64,000 bases of DNA, taken from a bacterium (GTDB lineage: Bacteria; Patescibacteriota; Minisyncoccia; Minisyncoccales; CG1-02-41-26). Shown here one piece after another: positions 1 to 6,966 of this stretch (within the stretch, counting starts at the first letter, position 1; each line of letters begins with the position of its first letter). The notes below the pieces were generated by a model. The model saw only the letters and a program-made list of their open reading frames with translations, made no database searches and was not told the DNA's origin. Both the position numbers and the translations under genes were made by a program. The DNA lies in assembly GCA_030619905.1 (NCBI GenBank), contig JAUXAO010000002.1:129193-193192 (forward strand), in the 5' to 3' direction.

Positions 1-396
1 TCGTCTTGGGATTTCTTTTATTTTTTTTAAACCTACATTTTTCTTTATTATAATTAAAAAAACTATGCCGAAAATAACCAACCCAATTATTTTTTTTAAA
101 AGACCTCCACTTATTGAAAGTAGAATGTAAGACCCAATTATAGCGCCAAATATTTCAACTGACACCATTGAAAAACCAATCTTTAGATCAATAAGTTTTT
201 CTTTTCCATATCTGTATAAACCCACAATACTTGCTCCCAGAGAACCAACTTTATTCGTAGCAACTGATATCTGAGGTGGAATACCTAATAAGATCAATAA
301 TGGTATTCTTATAAGCCCGGAGCTTCCTACTATTATTCCAATGATAGCTGTTGAAAATCCTATAATGAATACCAAAATTAATGTGACTAAATCCAT
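1..396 (-). CDS. TauE/SafE (TSUP) family membrane permease, 3' end cut by window edge
   Basis: Not in the ORF track because there is no stop inside the window. My translation from ATG at 396 reads MDLVTLILVFIIGFSTAIIGIIVGSSGLIRIPLLILLGIPPQISVATNKVGSLGASIVGLYRY... and stays open to position 1. Gly-rich hydrophobic helices are typical of TauE/SafE. Confidence 0.5.
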   Translation of the reverse strand, partial: MDLVTLILVFIIGFSTAIIGIIVGSSGLIRIPLLILLGIPPQISVATNKVGSLGASIVGLYRYGKEKLIDLKIGFSMVSVEIFGAIIGSYILLSISGGLLKKIIGLVIFGIVFLIIIKKNVGLKKIKEIPRR

Positions 397-424
397 AAAT
401 ATTTGACTGCCTTATCTTTGATAA

Positions 425-817
425 TTATAAATTCTTAACAAAACGCTTTAGTTTATCAGGAGATTCTAACTTTAGAAACTCTTCAGGTGTAACCCATTTA
501 AACTCATCATGTTCAAAACTTAAAACAACTTTGTTGACAATGACTTTGGCTGTATAGGCAATAGTAACCCAAAATTCTTCATCTTCGTATATATTAGACT
601 CAACATCAAAAGGTTTTAAATCTTTCACTTCTAAACCAGATTCTTCTTTAATCTCTCTGGTGATTCCCTCTATAGCATCTTCGCCAAAATCCAAATCCCC
701 ACCAGGGAAATCCCATTTATCTGGATTAGAGGGTGCTGTAGATGTCCGGTGAAGTGTCAAAAATTTTCCCTCCTTATTAAATACAATAGCTTTTTGAGAA
801 ATCCCTACTTTTTTCAT
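425..817 (-). CDS. NUDIX hydrolase
   Basis: Nudix box GGDLDFGEDAIEGITREIKEESGLEV (GX5EX7REUXEEXGU). Confidence 0.85.
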   Translation of the reverse strand: MKKVGISQKAIVFNKEGKFLTLHRTSTAPSNPDKWDFPGGDLDFGEDAIEGITREIKEESGLEVKDLKPFDVESNIYEDEEFWVTIAYTAKVIVNKVVLSFEHDEFKWVTPEEFLKLESPDKLKRFVKNL

Positions 818-821
818 TATC

Positions 822-845
822 TCATTCTACCAAAAAACCGCCTCC
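822..845 (-). promoter_or_regulatory. Extended -10 promoter (TGgTAGAAT) a few nt upstream of the NUDIX ATG, possibly giving a leaderless mRNA
   Basis: The minus strand reads GGCGGTTTTTTGGTAGAATGAGATAATG. The -10 hexamer is at 824-829 and the start codon at 815-817. The same 20-nt block recurs upstream of cfa (34896-34919). Confidence 0.35.
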
Positions 846-855
846 CCTGAAAGGC

Positions 856-884
856 AAAGGCACGGTTGATTAGCCGTGCCCTTT
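856..884 (-). terminator. Rho-independent terminator-like hairpin after the 76-aa ORF
   Basis: GGCACGG/CCGTGCC stem with an 8-nt loop, followed by a T-rich tract on the minus strand. Confidence 0.5.
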
Positions 885-892
885 ACTAAATA

Positions 893-1123
893 TTATTTCT
901 TGTACTTCTTTTTGATTTCTTGAGCTTTTTTACTCTTGGCAAATTTCTTTATTGCTGGGAGACCAATATGATAAGTAGAACCAACAACTAGTAAGGGGCC
1001 ATGCTCTGCAGAAGCCGGATGTTTAAAAGGTATCTCTGCTTTTTTTAGGATATGATAGGCTTCTTTGCTTTCTTTTTCATTATTAGAAAACAATACTGGG
1101 ATTTCTAAATCACCATTGCTCAT
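893..1123 (-). CDS. Small hypothetical protein (76 aa, Lys-rich C-terminus)
   Basis: Clean ORF between two hairpin terminators. No motif recognised. Confidence 0.45.
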   Translation of the reverse strand: MSNGDLEIPVLFSNNEKESKEAYHILKKAEIPFKHPASAEHGPLLVVGSTYHIGLPAIKKFAKSKKAQEIKKKYKK

Positions 1124-1217
1124 CTTTTATTTCTCCTTTCTAAAGATTTTTAGATGTATAAAAATTAAAAGAACTATATTTTTATGCTACCACAAAAAAG
1201 AAATTTATCAATATTTT

Positions 1218-1243
1218 AAATAAAAATCGTCCTAAGGACGATT
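1218..1243 (-). terminator. Terminator-like hairpin downstream of the 166-aa ORF
   Basis: AATCGTCC-TAA-GGACGATT stem-loop followed by TTTTATTT on the minus strand. Confidence 0.5.
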
Positions 1244-1309
1244 GGTTTGATTTAATATTAAAATTAATTGGTTTGATTAATTTTCCATCAACTTCGGTCT
1301 AAATTTTAA

Positions 1310-1810
1310 TCAAGTCGTGACATTTTGAGAAATATATTTCTCTATTAAGTCAATTTTTTCTTGGTCTGCCTTACCTCTCTTTTCTTGACGATAATCATCC
1401 CTGAGCATAAGTTTATATACAGAAAGATAATCTTTTACTGAGAGTTCTTTAAATTTAATATTGTTAACATTATATACTGTCAGCTTATTTGGGTCTAATC
1501 TAATTCGCTTGATTAAATCATCTTGTTTTGCAAAAGCAACTATTTCTGAATCACGAATAAACTCATGTTCGTGCTCATCCTCTAATTTAAATCCCATTTT
1601 CTGCATTAAATTAATCAACTCATTCCATCTTTTATTAACAAATTCATCAGGAATTAATATATCAATATCGCTACATTCACTATACTCCCCTATTATTTTA
1701 TAAAGACCCAGAGATCCATAAAGGATTGGGATAACATTGAAAAAATCATTTAGTTTTCCTGCAACTTCCAAGAAAACTTCAAACTTCTTTTTATTTATTT
1801 TTAGACCCAT
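1310..1810 (-). CDS. Nucleotidyltransferase-fold (pol-beta superfamily) protein
   Basis: YGSLGLYKIIGEYSECSDIDILI matches hG[GS]x9-13Dh[DE]h of minimal NTases. Confidence 0.6.
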   Translation of the reverse strand: MGLKINKKKFEVFLEVAGKLNDFFNVIPILYGSLGLYKIIGEYSECSDIDILIPDEFVNKRWNELINLMQKMGFKLEDEHEHEFIRDSEIVAFAKQDDLIKRIRLDPNKLTVYNVNNIKFKELSVKDYLSVYKLMLRDDYRQEKRGKADQEKIDLIEKYISQNVTT

Positions 1811-1861
1811 AAACTTATTTTGTTAATTCTCCCTTAAATGCTTTGACTAAAATAGATTTAT

Positions 1862-2428
1862 TTACTCACTAATTTCTAATAAACTTCTTACAACATCCGG
1901 CAACTGAGTACAACTCTCTTCTTTTTCTATCTCCCCGGAGAAATGACCCATATTGTGTTTAACAATTAATTTGGCTCCAAGTTTTTCTTTAAAAATATTC
2001 CCATGTTTTAAGGGAACATATGGGTCGTTGTCAGAATGAATAGCAACAAACTTTGAACAATGACTTTTTATCTTTTTAAAGTCAATTGGCGTTTCAAAAA
2101 ACCCTTTGATTTCTTTAAATCCTAAATTATCAGTAAAACCAGCCACTAAAATAGCTCCACCGATTTTCTCGTTTTCTTTCAAACCTTCCAAATATCTTAG
2201 AATTGTAATACATCCTAAACTATGTCCAATTAAATAAAGGTTTTCATTTGACTCGCCAGCAACTCTTCGTAATTCAGAAAGCCATGCATTGAATTTAGGC
2301 AAATTAGTTTCTGGCATTTCTGGAACAATTACTTCATACCCTTTATCCTCTAATTCTTTTTTAGTATTAGGATACCAACAATAGTTCGGATATCTCTCCC
2401 AACAATGTATTATAATAACTTTTTTCAT
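1862..2428 (-). CDS. Alpha/beta serine hydrolase, YdeN/RBBP9-like
   Basis: Nucleophile elbow GHSLGC. HSDNDPYVP and GHF near the C-terminus. About 190 aa, as in that family. Confidence 0.75.
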   Translation of the reverse strand: MKKVIIIHCWERYPNYCWYPNTKKELEDKGYEVIVPEMPETNLPKFNAWLSELRRVAGESNENLYLIGHSLGCITILRYLEGLKENEKIGGAILVAGFTDNLGFKEIKGFFETPIDFKKIKSHCSKFVAIHSDNDPYVPLKHGNIFKEKLGAKLIVKHNMGHFSGEIEKEESCTQLPDVVRSLLEISE

Positions 2429-2537
2429 ATTTTTTATTTTATATCTATTTATAGAAAGTTGTACAATATACCTTGTGCGACGTTTATTCTTAATTTTGGT
2501 TATTTTATGCTTACGAGCAGTTTTTCTTTGATAGTTA

Positions 2538-3554
2538 TCAATATTTCTTTTTTCTCGATCTCCGACCCTTTCGTCTTAAATGATCAAGGTATTGTTTATT
2601 TACTTTCTCTTTATTTTTAGGATTAGAATTATAAAAATTTATCATTTCATCAATAATTTTATCCGAAAATTGACTAGTTCCATATTTGGATTTCCAAAAA
2701 TAATCATTTTTCCTCTTCTTTATTCCGTTTACGAAACAATATGCCTCAAAATCATAAGTGGATATTTTTATTTTTAAATTTTTATTAGCTTTTTTTAATA
2801 CCTCTTTCCTTCTAAATGGATGAGTAATGTCAGGATCCCTATATTTTTCTAAGATAACCGCTCCCATTTTTTTACCAAATCTTCCTGAACTTAAAACGAT
2901 ATCAGCTTTTTTGGGATTCTTTATTAGTGCAACGGTATAATTAATAGGAATCGTCGCTCGCTCTCCCATTTTTTCCAATTTTCCAAACCTATCTACCCAA
3001 TATTTTATAGATTTAAAATCTTCCTTATTAAACTTTCCCTTGAGCACGGATATGTTTTTTAATGATTTTTCACTCGATATAAGACTAATAAGTCCTGGCG
3101 TAAATTCTTCTATCATTTTAATGCTAAACCATTTATCTAAACATTCAATATAATTAAGGACTCCTCGTTGAAACACTCTTGAAAAATATGGGTCCAATTC
3201 GGGGATAATAAGATGTGCTGACTCATTTCTTATTTCAGATATATACCCAACGTTATTTCGAATTTGATCGTTGGGATTTGTAAATACCCTACTTAAACAA
3301 TCGTCGATAGTAAAAGAAGTTCTTTTTATTCCCCTCTTTTTTTTATAAAATATACTATTTTTTTTACCTCCACTTTTCTCAAAAAGATACGCTTTCAGGA
3401 GCAACTCAAACGCGTTAGAGAATAAAATACTAAATGATTCTGTTCTGTATTTTATAGTGGGTTTATTAAATAATTCGAGTGCTAACAAAAATGCCGATTT
3501 GCTTTTTTCTATTAAATTTTTTGTTAATCTTTTCATTTTTCTATTAATTTTCAA
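2538..3554 (-). CDS. DUF3644-like protein with an Rx4H (HEPN-type) motif
   Basis: N-terminus KSKSAFLLALELFNKPTIKYRTESFSILFSNAFELLLKAYL resembles DUF3644. IRNESAH is an Rx4H motif. The track start is TTG; ATG at 3536 (MKRLTK) is more likely. Confidence 0.6.
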   Translation of the reverse strand: MKINRKMKRLTKNLIEKSKSAFLLALELFNKPTIKYRTESFSILFSNAFELLLKAYLFEKSGGKKNSIFYKKKRGIKRTSFTIDDCLSRVFTNPNDQIRNNVGYISEIRNESAHLIIPELDPYFSRVFQRGVLNYIECLDKWFSIKMIEEFTPGLISLISSEKSLKNISVLKGKFNKEDFKSIKYWVDRFGKLEKMGERATIPINYTVALIKNPKKADIVLSSGRFGKKMGAVILEKYRDPDITHPFRRKEVLKKANKNLKIKISTYDFEAYCFVNGIKKRKNDYFWKSKYGTSQFSDKIIDEMINFYNSNPKNKEKVNKQYLDHLRRKGRRSRKKKY

Positions 3555-3615
3555 CTTCGGGCTAAATTTTGATTTTTTGTTCTTTTGATAGTTTTTTCAT
3601 ATAATAATTTTAAAT

Positions 3616-4341
3616 TTATAAACCGTAAGAATTAAGTTTATCATTTTTTATTCTTCTTTTATTCTTATTGATTCTATTTTTCTCCTTCTGATAATAAAAT
3701 TGAATTGAGGAATTAATTTCTTTTATATCTTCTTTAATTTCTTTAAGAAGATTTTCGAATTGGTTTATTGAAACTAATTCTATAAAACATTTTTTATACG
3801 GCAAACTAAAAACATCGTCTATAGCTTCTATCTTAACAAGAGCATTATGATAATCCTTTCCCGCGGATACCAGTTTACCGTCGTAAACCACTATTAAATA
3901 ATAAATGCCTCTTACTAAATTATTTTTTCTAAAGGCGTCAAAAGATTGCAGATTTTGATTTATTGTTTTGTATAAAAAATCTTCACTGTCTTTAATTCCA
4001 AAAACCTTATTATAGTTATAAAAATGAAATTTTTTATTTCTTTCTAATTCGAAAATATCCGCAAAGGGTATGCTGTAAGCCAAAATAGTATTTTTGATTT
4101 TCTCCATATTTATATTCTCTGAATATATTTCTGTTTCTTTCGGTAAATATCTACACTCAATAAACAATCTTACGTTATAACTAAGAGGTTTTTCATTATC
4201 AAGTTGAGGAAGTATCGCAATAATATCTTTTTCGCGGGGTTTTTTGGTAATGGGGTCTTTATAATAAACATTCGCTGATACTTGCCAGCCATTTTCTTGT
4301 AAAATATCTTTTACTTGTTTTTCTAATTCATTTCCATTCAT
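3616..4341 (-). CDS. Putative PD-(D/E)xK-fold nuclease-like protein
   Basis: N-terminal ELEKQV helix, then EKDIIAI ... RLFIECRYL (D ... E-x-R/K arrangement). The assignment is tentative. Confidence 0.4.
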   Translation of the reverse strand: MNGNELEKQVKDILQENGWQVSANVYYKDPITKKPREKDIIAILPQLDNEKPLSYNVRLFIECRYLPKETEIYSENINMEKIKNTILAYSIPFADIFELERNKKFHFYNYNKVFGIKDSEDFLYKTINQNLQSFDAFRKNNLVRGIYYLIVVYDGKLVSAGKDYHNALVKIEAIDDVFSLPYKKCFIELVSINQFENLLKEIKEDIKEINSSIQFYYQKEKNRINKNKRRIKNDKLNSYGL

Positions 4342-4508
4342 AAATTTAGGTCTTATTTATAAATCCATTTTTTAACTTTTCCTTCTTAATTTTTAAATTC
4401 TCTTGATCTTCCATAACTTTATTTCTCAATTAATTCTTTGACTTTTTGTCTAAAATATAGAGTTGATACCATTTTTCATTTTAGAAAAGAGAGGTGAATT
4501 TATTTAAT

Positions 4509-4952
4509 TCATTGACTATAATCAAATTTCTTTAGAAGAAAATTGAAGTGTTTTTCAAATTCTTGAATTAATTTCTCATTAATTGTTATTTTTTTATATT
4601 TTCCGACAAGTGTAAACATAATAATCTTATCTAAATTACTTTCTCTTTCACTCAATTCCCAATGAGCCATTACATTCCTCAATTTCTGAATAAACCTCAA
4701 AGATTTTTTAATTTTAGGGTAATCTTTTAATCTTTTAAAATATGGGATTGATTCATAAATACTAATTTTGTTATCGAAACTAAGAAAAGAAGTATTTATA
4801 ATATTCCAAAAAAGAATTGTTGCCTTATTGTTAGTTTTAGGAAAAAAATATTTTCTTAAGCGGTAACCGAGAATAAACTCGATTCTTGAAGCAGATGAAA
4901 TAATTCCTCCCCTAATTGAATCCAATTTTTCTTTTATTATTTTCTTATTCAT
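4509..4952 (-). CDS. Small HEPN-like (Abi-type) protein
   Basis: FIQKLRNVMAHWEL contains RNxxAH (Rx4H), as in Abi_2/HEPN families. Confidence 0.55.
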   Translation of the reverse strand: MNKKIIKEKLDSIRGGIISSASRIEFILGYRLRKYFFPKTNNKATILFWNIINTSFLSFDNKISIYESIPYFKRLKDYPKIKKSLRFIQKLRNVMAHWELSERESNLDKIIMFTLVGKYKKITINEKLIQEFEKHFNFLLKKFDYSQ

Positions 4953-5018
4953 TTTCTTTTTCTAAATTTTCTTTAAATGCTTTATCTAAAATTGATTGAT
5001 TTATCTTTTTCTTGATAT

Positions 5019-5462
5019 TTATTTTGAGAAATAATTCAGAATTAATCCTGCAATAACTATTACGGCAATACAAATAATTAAATAAACCCACGGATTACTC
5101 ATCGTCCAAAACCTTTTGCCTTTATAAGAAATTTTAATTGGTCTAACACTTTTTTTCTTTATACCAAACTGCTTAATCTCGTTTATTATTGCATTTAAAA
5201 TAGCTTTAGCATCGTTCAAACCTTCAACATAAGTTTCATGAAATTCATTCTCAGTCGTTAAATCTGAAGAAAATAACAGCATATAATTAATATTATTAAA
5301 ATCTTTTAAGTTATCGGTGTGTTCTTCAAATATGTGCTTAATAGTTGTTTGAGTTTCTTTCTTCCATTGCTTAAATTTAGGGGAGGAATCTGAGAAATTT
5401 TTAAGATCTTCTATTTGGTCAATCTGTTTTTGAATAAATTGAATAGCTTCTTGGTTAGTCAT
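5019..5462 (-). CDS. Hypothetical protein with C-terminal TM anchor
   Basis: C-terminal WVYLIICIAVIVIAGLILNYF hydrophobic helix. No known motif. Confidence 0.5.
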   Translation of the reverse strand: MTNQEAIQFIQKQIDQIEDLKNFSDSSPKFKQWKKETQTTIKHIFEEHTDNLKDFNNINYMLLFSSDLTTENEFHETYVEGLNDAKAILNAIINEIKQFGIKKKSVRPIKISYKGKRFWTMSNPWVYLIICIAVIVIAGLILNYFSK

Positions 5463-5574
5463 TTTATTTTTTGTTTTTTCTTGTTATCTGCCCTCAAAAT
5501 CTTTCGACTTTTTGTTTTTTTTCTAAAGGTAAAAATAGGATTGATACCATTTTACCATTTTGCTGTCAAAAATT

Positions 5575-6030
5575 TTATATTAAAGACGCTTTTATTAAGC
5601 TTCCAAGCTCTGTTTTAATTAAGCTTTCAATATTAATATCGTCTGCAAGTTTGATGTTAAAAGTAACATGAAATTCTCGCTTTTCTTTTTCCCCACGTTC
5701 AATCCCTTCAACTATATCAATTCCTCCTTGAGAAACACTAATATTTAAAAAATGATCCGAAACATTATCTGAACTTCGAGACATATTAATAAATCCCTTT
5801 TCATATAAATATATTAAAGCATTATAAATATTATTGTCGTTTCCTGATATTTTAATAAGATCTTTAGAAATTTTATGTTCTTTATTGTTTATTACTGGTG
5901 ATTTTTCTCCATTAGAAAAATGTCTCATCTGAAAACTTAATATAAAGTCATGTAAATAGGAGTAATCATCTCTTTGAATAGAATAAAAATATAAAAGTAT
6001 CTTTCCAGCAATTTTTTTAATCGGTTCCAT
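5575..6030 (-). CDS. Hypothetical protein (possible winged-helix region)
   Basis: NIYNALIYLYEKGFINMS resembles a wHTH recognition region. Otherwise unknown. Confidence 0.45.
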   Translation of the reverse strand: MEPIKKIAGKILLYFYSIQRDDYSYLHDFILSFQMRHFSNGEKSPVINNKEHKISKDLIKISGNDNNIYNALIYLYEKGFINMSRSSDNVSDHFLNISVSQGGIDIVEGIERGEKEKREFHVTFNIKLADDINIESLIKTELGSLIKASLI

Positions 6031-6147
6031 AATTTTTTATTTTTCCGCCAGCTGACGGATTAATTTTTCGACTTTCCGTTTTAGTCAATTTATAATTGGT
6101 TGTTTGGCTACTGAGTTTTCATTAAGATTTTTAGACATTAGTTATTA

Positions 6148-6963
6148 TTATTTAAATTTTATTGTATCTTGCTTATCTGTTGGCAAAAGTTGATATTCTA
6201 AAATTTCGATATATGTAATTTTTCCGTCTTTATATCGCACTTTTGCTTTAATCTTTACTGGTTCGTCGATTATATCTCTGTAGTCATTGAAGTGAAATTC
6301 GCCTTTGACCGAAGTAGGTATTTTAGTTGGGCCATTTTTTATATTGAATCCAAAGTAATAGTTTCTCGGAGCATCAAGATCTAATTTTCTTATGGTCCCT
6401 TCTAGTTCTTCTTCAAATTCTCCATTTTTTAGTAATTTATTCTCGTCTGAGTCTTCCAGCGAACGATAAAATTCCTCCTTTTGTTCCTGTTTTATGATAA
6501 TTAAATTATTACTACCAATAATATTTACTTGATCACCGCCAGCATTTACAGGAGATACAACTTTTTTCATGTTTGATTTAAAATTCTTATCCTCTTCAAA
6601 ATCTTCTATCTCTTTCTGGAAGTTCTTGCTCTTATTTCTTCTATTTGTCAGGAAATAAATAAAAGTCGCGGTAATACAACCTGAAATAACTTTCTGAAAA
6701 ATTGGATTATTAAAGATAATCTCAATTACTTCACCAAAAGACCCACTTTTTAGTTTTAAAAAAATCTTTATATCGCCAGAACCAAAATCAATTTTTCTAT
6801 TATTTTTTAAAACATCGGCAGTATTTTTTACTATACTTTCTATAGCCTCTAACTGGGTATATAAATCCTTTATTATCATCTTACTCTCAAAAGATGGCCC
6901 TTTGTATATGATTTCGATGCTATCCTTTTTGATTATTTTTTCTCCGAACAAATTTTTATTCAT
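6148..6963 (-). CDS. Hypothetical single-TM protein, start 3 nt after the res stop
   Basis: Central hydrophobic segment VISGCITATFIYFL and a beta-rich C-terminal region. No motif recognised. Confidence 0.55.
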   Translation of the reverse strand: MNKNLFGEKIIKKDSIEIIYKGPSFESKMIIKDLYTQLEAIESIVKNTADVLKNNRKIDFGSGDIKIFLKLKSGSFGEVIEIIFNNPIFQKVISGCITATFIYFLTNRRNKSKNFQKEIEDFEEDKNFKSNMKKVVSPVNAGGDQVNIIGSNNLIIIKQEQKEEFYRSLEDSDENKLLKNGEFEEELEGTIRKLDLDAPRNYYFGFNIKNGPTKIPTSVKGEFHFNDYRDIIDEPVKIKAKVRYKDGKITYIEILEYQLLPTDKQDTIKFK

Positions 6964-6966
6964 AAT

